Origin: Chthonomonadales bacterium
GTDB lineage: Bacteria; Armatimonadota; Chthonomonadetes; Chthonomonadales; CAJBBX01
DNA length: 50,543 bases
NCBI GenBank assembly: GCA_037442185.1
Contig: JBBIQU010000006.1
Coordinates: forward strand, 1 to 50,543
Direction of reading: 5' to 3'
Shown here: in pieces, positions 18,459 to 27,699 of the stretch
How the letters are laid out: every line of letters starts with the position of its first letter
Numbering within the stretch: the first letter of the stretch is position 1
The notes under the pieces: model-generated
Database searches by the model: none
Told to the model about the DNA's origin: nothing
The model's input: the letters and a program-made list of their open reading frames with translations, nothing else
Made by a program: the position numbers and the translations under genes

Positions 18459-19943
18459 ATGGCAAACTACACACCAGATCGCAATGCATTCTGCAGCCTC
18501 GCCGTGCCGAGGTCCATCGTGCCGGTATGTCGCGAAGTTCTTGCCGACCGCTTGACGCCGGTATCGGCGTTTGAGCGGATATCCCGAGGCTCTCCCTCGT
18601 TTCTGCTCGAGAGCGTCGAAGGCGGCGAACGACTCGCGCGATACTCGTTCTTGGGTACCGATCCCGACTGCATCATCCGCGTTCAAACGGGGCAAGTCCG
18701 AAGACAGGGAGCGGACGGAACCGAGACGGTGGCGGCGGCGCCCGATGGGGACCCGCTGAACGCTGTCCGAGCCGAGCTTGGGTCCCGGAAGTGGGTTGAG
18801 GTTGGGGGGGCGCCAAGGTTCGCAGGGGGCGCCGTCGGCTTCTTGGCCTATGATCTGGTGCGCAACTACGAACGCATTCCCGCATTGAAGCCCGATGAAC
18901 TGGGTACTCCCGAAGTGGCGTTCATGGTCACGAGGTCCGTGCTTGCGTTTGACCACGTTCGGCACCGAATACTGATCATCTGCAACGCGATCGTAGATGA
19001 CGATCCGGATTCGGCATATGCCGATGCGGTCGAGCGCATCGAGCGGGTAGTTCAGCAACTCCGCGCGCCGTTCGCGCCCCCGGAACCGATAGCTGGAGCG
19101 CCCTATGGACCCTCATCGGCGAGCATGGACCAGAGCTCCTATGAGCGCGTCGTGGAGGCCTGCAAGGAGTATATCCAGGCAGGTGACGCCTTTCAGATTG
19201 TCCCGTCGGTTAGGTTCTCGATACCCGTCAGCTGCAGGCCGCTGGAACTTTACCGCGCTCTCCGAACGATCAACCCGAGCCCGTACATGTATTACCTCGA
19301 CGTAGGTGACATGCAGGTGGTGGGTTCGTCGCCTGAAATCCTCGCGACGATCGAGCATGGACGCGTCTCTGTCCGGCCTATCGCCGGCACCCGACCGCGA
19401 GGCGCCGATGATGCATCCGACCGGGCATTGGAGGCGGAACTCCTGGCGGATCCCAAGGAGCGCGCCGAGCACGTTATGCTCGTTGACCTCGGCCGGAATG
19501 ATGTCGGACGAGTCTCCAAGTACGGAACCGTGCGCGTGGACGACTTCATGACCATAGAGCGCTACTCACACGTAATGCATATCGTGTCCAGCGTGTCCGG
19601 GGATCTCATGGACGGACTCGACGCGTTCGACGCAGTCAAGGCATGCTTCCCGGCCGGAACGCTGACCGGCGCACCCAAGGTTCGCGCAATGGAAATCATC
19701 GAGGAGCAGGAGCCTTCACGGCGAGGGCTATACGGCGGCGCTGTGGGATACTTCAGCTTCCGAGGTGACGCCGATTTCGCGATCGCGATCAGAACCATGC
19801 TTGTTGCCGGAGGCACAGCGCACATTCAGGCCGGCGCCGGCGTGGTTGCCGATTCGGTCCCGGCCAAGGAATACGAAGAGTGCGTCAACAAGGCGGGAGC
19901 CATGCTTGCTGCAGTGCGTGTGGCGCATGAGGGCCTGGAGTAG
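18459..19943 (+). CDS. trpE: anthranilate synthase component I
   Basis: LTPVSAFERI, LLESVEGGE and GAVGYFSFRGDADFAIAIRT motifs, with a typical length. Confidence 0.95.
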   Translation: MANYTPDRNAFCSLAVPRSIVPVCREVLADRLTPVSAFERISRGSPSFLLESVEGGERLARYSFLGTDPDCIIRVQTGQVRRQGADGTETVAAAPDGDPLNAVRAELGSRKWVEVGGAPRFAGGAVGFLAYDLVRNYERIPALKPDELGTPEVAFMVTRSVLAFDHVRHRILIICNAIVDDDPDSAYADAVERIERVVQQLRAPFAPPEPIAGAPYGPSSASMDQSSYERVVEACKEYIQAGDAFQIVPSVRFSIPVSCRPLELYRALRTINPSPYMYYLDVGDMQVVGSSPEILATIEHGRVSVRPIAGTRPRGADDASDRALEAELLADPKERAEHVMLVDLGRNDVGRVSKYGTVRVDDFMTIERYSHVMHIVSSVSGDLMDGLDAFDAVKACFPAGTLTGAPKVRAMEIIEEQEPSRRGLYGGAVGYFSFRGDADFAIAIRTMLVAGGTAHIQAGAGVVADSVPAKEYEECVNKAGAMLAAVRVAHEGLE

Positions 19944-19966
19944 GGCGGACCTAAGAGGGACGAACC

Positions 19967-20530
19967 GTGGTTCTTGTCATTGACAACTACGACAGCTTCA
20001 CCTACAACCTCGTTCAGTATCTGGGCGAGATGGGGTGCGATCTGGTCGTCAAGCGCAATGACGCCATAACGACGGACGACATCGCCCGCATGGAGCCGGA
20101 CCGCATTGTGATATCGCCGGGTCCGTGCACCCCGAACGAGGCTGGCGTCTCGGTCCCGTGCATTGAGCGTTTCTGGGACAGGATACCGATCTTGGGCGTG
20201 TGCCTCGGTCACCAGAGCATTGGGCAGGCGTTTGGCGGCGAAGTCGTGCGAAACAGCCGCATTGTCCATGGGAAGACATCATGGATCAGGCATGACGGTT
20301 CGGCTCTGTTCGAAGGCTGCGCAAACCCTCTGGAAGCCGGACGATACCATTCACTGGTGGTACGGCGTGAGACGCTGCCCGATTGCCTCATTGTGAGTGC
20401 AGAAACCAACGAGGGCGAGATTATGGCCTTGCGCCACCGGGATCGGCCCGTCGTTGGGGTTCAATTCCATCCTGAATCCGTTCTCACTCGGGACGGGAAA
20501 CGGCTCCTCGCGAACTTCCTGCGCATGTAG
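19967..20530 (+). CDS. trpG: anthranilate synthase component II (glutamine amidotransferase)
   Basis: MVLVIDNYDSFTYNLVQYLGE, catalytic GVCLGHQ and FHPES motifs. Confidence 0.95.
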   Translation: MVLVIDNYDSFTYNLVQYLGEMGCDLVVKRNDAITTDDIARMEPDRIVISPGPCTPNEAGVSVPCIERFWDRIPILGVCLGHQSIGQAFGGEVVRNSRIVHGKTSWIRHDGSALFEGCANPLEAGRYHSLVVRRETLPDCLIVSAETNEGEIMALRHRDRPVVGVQFHPESVLTRDGKRLLANFLRM

Positions 20531-20588
20531 CCGCCGGTGATCCGCGCATCGCTGCCTCGCCCGCGGGCTGGGGTATGATTCGTCAGCG

Positions 20589-21701
20589 ATGAACGAGTAC
20601 GACGAACGCCTCGAACGACTCAAGCACACTCTGGCATGCCGCGGACTCAACGGCGCGGTTGTCGGGGCAACCGATCACATGCGCTACCTTGTCGGCTGGG
20701 CAGAACCGCCGGGCGAGCGGATGATGGTATTGGTGGTGATGCCCAACGGCCGGTTTTTCCTCCTCGTTCCGTCCTTGTATGAAGACGACGCACGTTCGCG
20801 GACGAGGGGCCTTCCCGTAATGGCGTGGCACGACAACGCAGGCTGGGCAACGCCGATTCAGGAAGGTCTCGGAGGTTCGTGGAGCGGCGGCTGCATCGCG
20901 GTGGACGACGAACTCGCGGCTGGACATCTGCTTGCGCTCCAAGCCCTGTTCCCCAATGTGACCTGGGCTCCGTTGGGACCGATCATGGCGCAGATCCGTG
21001 GGGTTAAGTCGGATGTTGAAATCCAACGCATGGAGCGTTCCGCGCAACTTGCCGATGCCGTGTTCGCAACGATTGTGACGGAGCTGAATGTCGGTATGAC
21101 CGAAGCGGAGGTGCAGCGGCGCATCGTGGACGAGTTTGCCGCTCGAGGCGCATTATCGTCATGGGCTATCGTCTGTTTCGGCTCCAACACAGCCCTGCCT
21201 CATCACAGCTCGGGAAGCAGGCCGCTCCAGAAAGGCGATCTGGTCATTCTGGACCTTGGATGCTGCTTGGACGGCTATCAGTCCGATATAACGCGAACGG
21301 GCAGTTTCGGCCCTCCCCCCACGGAAGCATCGGCGGTGTACGAAATCGTTCACGAAGCGCATCTCGCCGCTATGCGCGCCGCCGTGCCCGGCGCAACCTG
21401 CGAGTCGGTGGATGCCGTGGCGCGTGACGTGATTGCCCGAAACGGCTACGGCGATCGCTTCATACACCGAACCGGGCACGGCATCGGGATGACAACCCAT
21501 GAACCGCCGAACCTTGTGGCCGGTGACAAAACGGTGTTGGTCCCGGGCATGTGCTTCAGCGACGAGCCGGGCATCTACCTCACGGGCCGCTTTGGGGTTC
21601 GCATCGAGAACATCATCACCGTCACGGCCGAAGGCGCGCGGAGTCTCAATGCCGCGGCGCCGGCCACATTGCAGGACTGGAGCGTGAGCGGCCTACAATG
21701 A
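20589..21701 (+). CDS. M24 family metallopeptidase (Xaa-Pro aminopeptidase/dipeptidase type)
   Basis: Creatinase/prolidase-like N-domain followed by a pita-bread domain with metal ligands in DLGCCLDGYQSDITRT, HRTGHGIGMTTHE, FSDEPGIY and VRIENI. The stop overlaps the trpD start (ATGA at 21698-21701). Confidence 0.9.
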   Translation: MNEYDERLERLKHTLACRGLNGAVVGATDHMRYLVGWAEPPGERMMVLVVMPNGRFFLLVPSLYEDDARSRTRGLPVMAWHDNAGWATPIQEGLGGSWSGGCIAVDDELAAGHLLALQALFPNVTWAPLGPIMAQIRGVKSDVEIQRMERSAQLADAVFATIVTELNVGMTEAEVQRRIVDEFAARGALSSWAIVCFGSNTALPHHSSGSRPLQKGDLVILDLGCCLDGYQSDITRTGSFGPPPTEASAVYEIVHEAHLAAMRAAVPGATCESVDAVARDVIARNGYGDRFIHRTGHGIGMTTHEPPNLVAGDKTVLVPGMCFSDEPGIYLTGRFGVRIENIITVTAEGARSLNAAAPATLQDWSVSGLQ

Positions 21702-22723
21702 TACGGGAAGCGCTTTCGAAGATCGTTGGACGCGAGAACCTGACCGAGCAGGAGGCATACGATCTGCTCTGCTTCCTGATGGACGGGAGCGCCACACATG
21801 CGCAGATAGGCGGCATCCTCGCCGGGTTGCGCACCAAAGGCGAGTCTGTTGATGAGCTGACCGGCTTTGCGCGAGCGCTTCGAGAGAGGGCCAGGCGCGT
21901 AACCTCCAGCCGGCGCATGTTGGTGGATACGTGCGGCACCGGCGGTGATGCCTCCGGCACGTTCAATGTCTCGACTGCGGCGGCGTTCGTTGTTGCCGCA
22001 GCAGGATTCGCAGTCGCCAAGCATGGCAACCGCGCAGTCTCTGGACGATGTGGTTCGGCAGACGTTCTCGAGGCTCTGGGCGTTAGGCTCGACCTGAACG
22101 AAGAGCAGATCGGCCGGTGCATTGACGAGGTCGGCATCGGGTTCATGTTCGCACCGTACCATCATCCGGCTGTGCAGGCCGTCATGCAGCCACGGCGCGA
22201 ACTCGGCATTCGCACGGTGTTCAACGTGCTTGGTCCCCTGGCAAACCCTGCGGGAGCGACGCATCAACTGGTCGGGGTCTTCGACGAGGACCTGTGCGAG
22301 AAGGTGGCGGAGGTGCTCGGGCGCCTCGGCTGTGAGCGCGCCATGGTGGTGCATGGGCTCGACGGACTGGACGAGATTTCTATCGTAGGGCCGACGCGCA
22401 TAGCGATCCTTCAGCACGGCAGGGTTATGTCCGAGACACGCATCCCCGCGGAGTTCTTTCTGGTGCCGACCAGTCTCGACAAGCTCGCGTCGGGCGCGAC
22501 CGCGGAAGAAAACGCCTCGATGTTGCGCGAGGTTCTCTCCGGAGCCAAAGGACCACGGCGAGATGTGGTATCCGTGAACGCGGCCGGGGCCCTAATGCTG
22601 ACGGGCATAGCCGAAACGTGGCGCGAAGGTATCGCTCTTGCACACAGCATGATTGATTCCCGCAAAGCGCTGGCGGTAGTGGATCGTATGGTGGATTTCA
22701 CCACAGCCTGTGCTCCAGCATGA
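21698..22723 (+). CDS. trpD: anthranilate phosphoribosyltransferase
   Basis: MIREALSKIV...DTCGTGGDASGTFNVSTAAAFVVAAAG...KHGNRAVS. I chose the ATG at 21698; the in-frame extension from 21551 overlaps the peptidase gene and looks non-coding. Confidence 0.93.
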   Translation: MIREALSKIVGRENLTEQEAYDLLCFLMDGSATHAQIGGILAGLRTKGESVDELTGFARALRERARRVTSSRRMLVDTCGTGGDASGTFNVSTAAAFVVAAAGFAVAKHGNRAVSGRCGSADVLEALGVRLDLNEEQIGRCIDEVGIGFMFAPYHHPAVQAVMQPRRELGIRTVFNVLGPLANPAGATHQLVGVFDEDLCEKVAEVLGRLGCERAMVVHGLDGLDEISIVGPTRIAILQHGRVMSETRIPAEFFLVPTSLDKLASGATAEENASMLREVLSGAKGPRRDVVSVNAAGALMLTGIAETWREGIALAHSMIDSRKALAVVDRMVDFTTACAPA

Positions 22724-22810
22724 GGGGACGCCGTATGCCAATCAACAACGCGCCTGTGTGCCACGAGGCCGACGACCGTCGTCCCGAGACAGTAAGGGGC
22801 ATGCGCTGAT

Positions 22811-23602
22811 ATGAGCGTGCTTTCGGAGATTCTCGCCGACAAGCGAGGCGAACTTGATCGGGCGCGTCGAGCCGTGCCGCTTTCGGCTCTCCAACGTGAG
22901 ATAGCTTCGGCTCCGCCTCCACGTGACTTCGTGGGCCCCATTGCCCGAGCAACGGCGCCCGCCCTCATAGCGGAGGTCAAGCAAGCATCCCCGTCCAAAG
23001 GGATCCTCCGCCATGATTTCGACCCTGTCGCCCTCGCCAGGGCCTACGATCTGAACGGCGCTCACTGTGTGTCTGTCTTGACCGAGACGACGCACTTTCA
23101 AGGCCACCTGGATCATCTGCGTGCCGTTCGACAGAGCATCTCGCTGCCCGTGATGCGCAAGGACTTTCTGTTTGACGAATACCAGATACTCGAGAGCCGG
23201 GCTGCGGGGGCCGATGCGGTTCTTCTCATCGTTGCGGCCCTGCCTCCGCAGGACCTGCGGCACCTGCTATCAGTGTCGCATGCAGTCGGAATGGCGGCCT
23301 TTGTCGAGGTACACAACGCCGAAGAGCTCAACGAGGCAGTGGACGCCCAGGCGCGATTGATCGGAATCAACAATCGTGACCTGCATGTGTTTCGGACCGA
23401 TCTGAACACATCGCTCACGCTCGCGCCGCTCGTTCCGAAGGATCGGTTGGTCATCAGCGAATCCGGCATCAAGACGCGTGGGGACATGGTGAAGCTGGCC
23501 GAGGCGGGCATCCGGGGCGCGCTGGTCGGTGAGGCCTTCATGCGTTCAGCCGATGTGGGCGCCAAGGTTCGCGAGCTTCTCGGCACCGATGAGCCTCGCT
23601 GA
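22811..23602 (+). CDS. trpC: indole-3-glycerol phosphate synthase
   Basis: LIAEVKQASPSKG, SVLTE, LIGINNRDL and ISESGI motifs. Confidence 0.95.
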   Translation: MSVLSEILADKRGELDRARRAVPLSALQREIASAPPPRDFVGPIARATAPALIAEVKQASPSKGILRHDFDPVALARAYDLNGAHCVSVLTETTHFQGHLDHLRAVRQSISLPVMRKDFLFDEYQILESRAAGADAVLLIVAALPPQDLRHLLSVSHAVGMAAFVEVHNAEELNEAVDAQARLIGINNRDLHVFRTDLNTSLTLAPLVPKDRLVISESGIKTRGDMVKLAEAGIRGALVGEAFMRSADVGAKVRELLGTDEPR

Positions 23603-23731
23603 ACCGCCCGCCATGCCTTCCAGTCAGTCTGCATGTGCGGTTGATGCTTTCGTGACGCCGGATACTCTGCTTGGCCGGTCAGGGTCCGCCTGTGGGTTAC
23701 TCGCAGTGCCGCCGCCGGCGAGTTCTCCGGA

Positions 23732-24364
23732 ATGACGCGGATCAAGGTCTGCGGGATAACTCGGCCCGAAGAAGCCAGGCTGTCCGTCGCATTCGGGGCG
23801 AACGCCATCGGCGTCATTCTCGTGCCGGAGACACCCCGGTATGTGGGCGATCGCCCTGACGTGATCCGAGAGATCATTCGCGCCGCGGGTCCGTTCGTAC
23901 CGGTCATCGCCGTCGTGCGGGCGTTGTCGCACATGTCGCCGTTTGATGCGATGCCATTTGGCGGCGTGCAGTACTATGATGATGACCTGCGAGACCAATG
24001 GGCGGGCGGACGCGCTCGCATTCGCGTTGTGCGCATCGGAGCCCCGCCTGGGGAAGACGATGACTTTGGTGCTGACGAGGCTGTCCTGCTCGACAGCTAT
24101 GATCCGAATCGGCTTGGCGGCGCTGGACGTACTTTCGACTGGCAACAAGGGGCAAACGTGGCGAAGGCGATCGGCCGTCCGGTGATCGTCGCTGGCGGAC
24201 TGAACGCGGAGAACGTAGGCGACGCCGTGCGCGCCATGAGGCCCTACGCAGTAGATGTCTCCTCAGGGGTTGAGTCGGCTCCTCGCATCAAGAGCGCCGA
24301 GAAACTTCGTGAGTTCGTCGCTGCGGTTCGTCAGGCAGACACCGAACTCGAGTGCGAAGGCTGA
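23732..24364 (+). CDS. trpF: phosphoribosylanthranilate isomerase
   Basis: MTRIKVCGITRPEEA...AGGLNAENV...YAVDVSSGVE. Confidence 0.93.
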   Translation: MTRIKVCGITRPEEARLSVAFGANAIGVILVPETPRYVGDRPDVIREIIRAAGPFVPVIAVVRALSHMSPFDAMPFGGVQYYDDDLRDQWAGGRARIRVVRIGAPPGEDDDFGADEAVLLDSYDPNRLGGAGRTFDWQQGANVAKAIGRPVIVAGGLNAENVGDAVRAMRPYAVDVSSGVESAPRIKSAEKLREFVAAVRQADTELECEG

Positions 24365-24397
24365 GACGCGAGAGGTGACCGGAGAGGAACGGACCGC

Positions 24398-24889
24398 ATG
24401 GCCATGAGAACCAGACTGATGTTGGCGTTGGCTTTGGTGGTGGCGGGCATCATCGGCTTGGCGCTGCTGTCGGTGGTGCCGCCCTCGGAACTTGCCAAGA
24501 AGGGAGTTCGCACCAACGGTGAAGTTCTGTTCAAGGACAGCCGTCCGGGCGCGGACGGTTCGTTCACGTACACGGTCACGTTCGTTTTCCCTGACGCGTC
24601 GCAACGCAACCATCAAGTGACCCGGATAGTGCCCGACAAGCGCATATGGGAGAGCCTGAGCGCTAGACAGGACGTCAAAGTGCTGTATATGCCGGATCGC
24701 CCGGAAGAGGCTTCGATTGCGGGCGCAGAGGGACTGGCGCGGCCCCACGCCCAAGCGTATGCCTTCCTTTGCTGGAGCAGCATCATTGCGGGCTTTGTGG
24801 TTGGCGTGCTGGCCCTTCGGTCGGGCGAGACCGGAAAACGTGATGCCAAGCCCGGGCCGCCGTCGGTGACCAGAGGAGGAGGAAGTTGA
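24398..24889 (+). CDS. small two-TM membrane protein, DUF3592-like
   Basis: N-terminal TM ([21 protein letters not shown]), a beta-rich middle ([10 protein letters not shown]...[10 protein letters not shown]...[13 protein letters not shown]) and a C-terminal TM ([19 protein letters not shown]). GGAGAGGAA lies upstream of the ATG. The stop overlaps the trpB TTG start. Confidence 0.7.
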   Translation: MAMRTRLMLALALVVAGIIGLALLSVVPPSELAKKGVRTNGEVLFKDSRPGADGSFTYTVTFVFPDASQRNHQVTRIVPDKRIWESLSARQDVKVLYMPDRPEEASIAGAEGLARPHAQAYAFLCWSSIIAGFVVGVLALRSGETGKRDAKPGPPSVTRGGGS

Positions 24890-26109
24890 CGGCTAGCGTC
24901 TCGAGCAAACCGGGGCGGTTCGGGCAGTACGGCGGGCGCTATGCGCCGGAGACGTTGATGCCGGCTCTGCTTGAGCTTGAGGGTGAGTACGCCAAGGCTC
25001 GACGCGATCCGGCCTTCCGCCGTGAGTTGAATGGGCTTCTCAAGGAATATGTTGGTCGCCCGACCCCGCTCTACGCCGCGACGCGCTTGAGCGCCCTTGT
25101 TGACGGGGCTACGATACTGCTCAAACGTGAGGACCTGTGCCACACGGGCGCACACAAGATCAACAATGCTCTCGGGCAGACTCTCTTGGCTCGCCGCATG
25201 CAGAAGCCACGTGTCATTGCCGAAACGGGAGCGGGCCAGCACGGGGTAGCAACGGCGACCGCGTGCGCGTTGCTGGGGCTTGACTGCACCGTGTACATGG
25301 GCACCGAGGACATGGCCAGACAGGCTCTCAACGTAGACAGGATGAGGCTGCTCGGCGCAACAGTCGCGCCTGTTGACGCCGGCTTGCGTACCCTCAAGGA
25401 CGCGACGAGTGAGGCCATGAGGGACTGGGCGGCTTCGGTGCGTAACACGCACTACGTCATCGGGTCGGTAGTGGGACCCCATCCGTTCCCAACGATCGTG
25501 AGGGACTTCCAGAGTGTGATCGGCATCGAAGCTCGCCGCCAGATCCTGCGCCGCACCGGGCGACTGCCGGATGCCGTCGTTGCCTGCGTCGGCGGCGGGT
25601 CCAATGCCGTGGGCATCTTTGCTCCGTTCTTGGATGATAGCGTCCGACTGATCGGCGTCGAGGCTGCGGGCAAGGGCATCGAGAGCGGCGAGCATTGCGC
25701 TTCGCTCGGCATGGGGCGGCCAGGCGTTCTGCATGGCACATACACCTACCTCCTGCAGAACGCGGACGGCCAGGTCTCGATCACGCATTCGGTATCTGCC
25801 GGCCTCGACTATCCCGGCGTTGGGCCGGAACACGCGCATCTCAAGGATACGGGGCGCGCCGAGTACGTCAGCGTCACCGACGATCAGGCGCTCGAGGCTC
25901 TAGCGCTGCTTGCCCGGACCGAAGGCATTATCGCAGCGCTCGAATCGGCCCACGCCATAGCCTATGCGCTCGAAGTGGCGCGTGTCGTCGGTCGAGGCGG
26001 AACGGTGTTGGTGAACCTATCGGGCCGCGGCGACAAGGACATGGATACCGTCGCATCGTGGATGAGGCGCACCGAGCAGCGCGGCGCAGCGTCGGCGACG
26101 GAGGACTGA
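24886..26109 (+). CDS. trpB: tryptophan synthase beta chain
   Basis: [19 protein letters not shown] and [16 protein letters not shown] (PLP lysine). The TTG start at 24886 is preceded by AGGAGGAGGAAG. Confidence 0.96.
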   Translation: MTASVSSKPGRFGQYGGRYAPETLMPALLELEGEYAKARRDPAFRRELNGLLKEYVGRPTPLYAATRLSALVDGATILLKREDLCHTGAHKINNALGQTLLARRMQKPRVIAETGAGQHGVATATACALLGLDCTVYMGTEDMARQALNVDRMRLLGATVAPVDAGLRTLKDATSEAMRDWAASVRNTHYVIGSVVGPHPFPTIVRDFQSVIGIEARRQILRRTGRLPDAVVACVGGGSNAVGIFAPFLDDSVRLIGVEAAGKGIESGEHCASLGMGRPGVLHGTYTYLLQNADGQVSITHSVSAGLDYPGVGPEHAHLKDTGRAEYVSVTDDQALEALALLARTEGIIAALESAHAIAYALEVARVVGRGGTVLVNLSGRGDKDMDTVASWMRRTEQRGAASATED

Positions 26110-26117
26110 GGACAGGC

Positions 26118-26921
26118 ATGGGCAGGATCGCTGAAGCCATAGCTGCGGCCAACGCCGACGGACGCTGTGCGCTCGTATGCTATATCACGGGCGGCGACCC
26201 GTCGCTGGACGTCACGGCAGATATCGTCTGCGCCGTAGCCGACGCAGGGGCGGACGTCGTCGAACTGGGAATCCCTTTCAGCGACCCTGTGGCGGATGGG
26301 CCGACCATACAGGCGTCCAGCCAAAGGGCGTTGGCTTCCGGCGCCGACGTGCCGTCATCGCTGAAATGTGTGGCGCGCATTCGTGAACGTTGCTCGGTCC
26401 CGATCGTCGCAATGTCGTACTTCAATCCTATACTGAGCTACGGCTGCGAACGGTTTGGCGAAGAAGGGTCCGACTCAGGCCTGGATGGCGTCATCGTCAC
26501 GGACATGCCTGCGGAGGAATCGGGCGAATGGGTACCGATTGCCCGCCGGAATGGGCTCGATACGATCATGCTCGTGACGCCCACAAGTACCCAGGAGCGT
26601 CTAGAGGCCTCAGCCGCTCTGGCAACCGGATTCCTCTATTGCGTGGCCCGCCTGGGTGTCACGGGTGCGAGCGCACACATCTCCTCAGATGCCGGTGAGC
26701 TTGTCGCGCGGGCACGCATGGTCGCCCGTTGCCCTGTCTGTCTCGGCTTCGGGATCTCGTCACCTGACCATGTGCGGTCGTTATCGCCGCTGGCTGATGG
26801 TGTCGTCGTTGGCAGCGCGCTGGTTGGCCTTCTGGCGGCTCAACCGACTGCAGCGATGAAGGTAGAGAAGGCGGCCGCGATGGTAGCCGACCTGCATCGA
26901 GCAACTCTTCGCGCGGGTTAG
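26118..26921 (+). CDS. trpA: tryptophan synthase alpha chain
   Basis: CYITGGDPS, VELGIPFSDPVADGPTIQ and YFNPIL motifs. The ATG at 26118 lies 9 nt after the trpB stop. The ORF-track extension back to 25695 overlaps trpB out of frame. Confidence 0.93.
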   Translation: MGRIAEAIAAANADGRCALVCYITGGDPSLDVTADIVCAVADAGADVVELGIPFSDPVADGPTIQASSQRALASGADVPSSLKCVARIRERCSVPIVAMSYFNPILSYGCERFGEEGSDSGLDGVIVTDMPAEESGEWVPIARRNGLDTIMLVTPTSTQERLEASAALATGFLYCVARLGVTGASAHISSDAGELVARARMVARCPVCLGFGISSPDHVRSLSPLADGVVVGSALVGLLAAQPTAAMKVEKAAAMVADLHRATLRAG

Positions 26922-26938
26922 GCGGAAGGCGAAATGCT

Positions 26939-27697
26939 TTGGCTAGTCACCCTCTGACCTGTCTGGTCCTTCGGAAGCGCGATCTAGGCGAGCGCGACCG
27001 GATCGTTACGCTGCTCACGCGCGAGCGGGGCAAGCTCGACGCTGTGGTCAAGGGCGCGCGCAAACCGGGCAGCAAGTCCTCGGGGGCCAGCGAGTTGTTC
27101 ACGGAGGCGAGAATCCAATACGCGGACGGAAGGTCCCTCGGCATCGTCACACAATGGGACATAGTGCGCTCATACGCGGAGTTGAGGAGCGACCTCGGCA
27201 TGCTCGCCCGAGGATCGTTCCTGTGCGAGGTGACTGAGCGCATGGTTGCCGACGCCGAGCCTTGCCCAGATGTCTACGAACTGCTGAGCGCGGCCCTCAC
27301 ATTGATCGAGCTTCGACACGGCGACCCCGATATGGTAACCCGTACGTTCGTCGTGCGTCTTCTAATGGAACGCGGTTACGGACTCACGCTCGATCGGTGC
27401 GTGCGGTGCGCCGGCGTACTCGAGACCGACGGCGTTGGGCTTAGCCCAGCCCTCGGCGGGTTGCTGTGCGCGCGTTGCTCGAATGGTGCCGCAGATTGCA
27501 TTCGCCTGCACAGGGATGTTGTCCCGGCCCTTCGCGAACTGGCCGAGGCAACGGTTGAGCGCATGGCGGCGATCACGCTTGAACCGGCCGTGGCGCATCA
27601 GACCGATCGTTGTCTCCGTGCGTGTCTGCGGTATAGGTGCGAGGCGGAAATACGGAGCGAGCGATTCCTCACGCTCGTGAGGGCGGGGGAAGCGTAA
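26939..27697 (+). CDS. recO: DNA repair protein RecO
   Basis: LVLRKRDLGERDRIVTLLTRERGKLDAVVKGARK (OB-fold N-terminus) and a C.RC....C.RC zinc-finger-like segment (CVRCAGV...LCARCS). TTG start with GGAAGG upstream. Confidence 0.9.
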   Translation: MASHPLTCLVLRKRDLGERDRIVTLLTRERGKLDAVVKGARKPGSKSSGASELFTEARIQYADGRSLGIVTQWDIVRSYAELRSDLGMLARGSFLCEVTERMVADAEPCPDVYELLSAALTLIELRHGDPDMVTRTFVVRLLMERGYGLTLDRCVRCAGVLETDGVGLSPALGGLLCARCSNGAADCIRLHRDVVPALRELAEATVERMAAITLEPAVAHQTDRCLRACLRYRCEAEIRSERFLTLVRAGEA

Positions 27698-27699
27698 GC

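Noticed and set aside
21551-21697. 5' extensions of ORF-track entries (trpD from 21551, trpA from 25695, pntAA from 37461, darA from 9396, rbsK to 33808, exonuclease from 49641)
   Set aside because: The extensions overlap the preceding gene, translate to Arg/His/Gly-rich junk, and bypass internal starts that have good SD sequences or ATGA coupling and match the expected protein N-termini.
24613-25839. 408-aa minus-strand ORF opposite DUF3592/trpB; also the 280-aa ORF at 21575-22417 opposite trpD and the 273-aa ORF at 23113-23934 opposite trpC/trpF
   Set aside because: They lie opposite clearly identified trp genes, have no motifs, and show typical high-GC antisense open frames.
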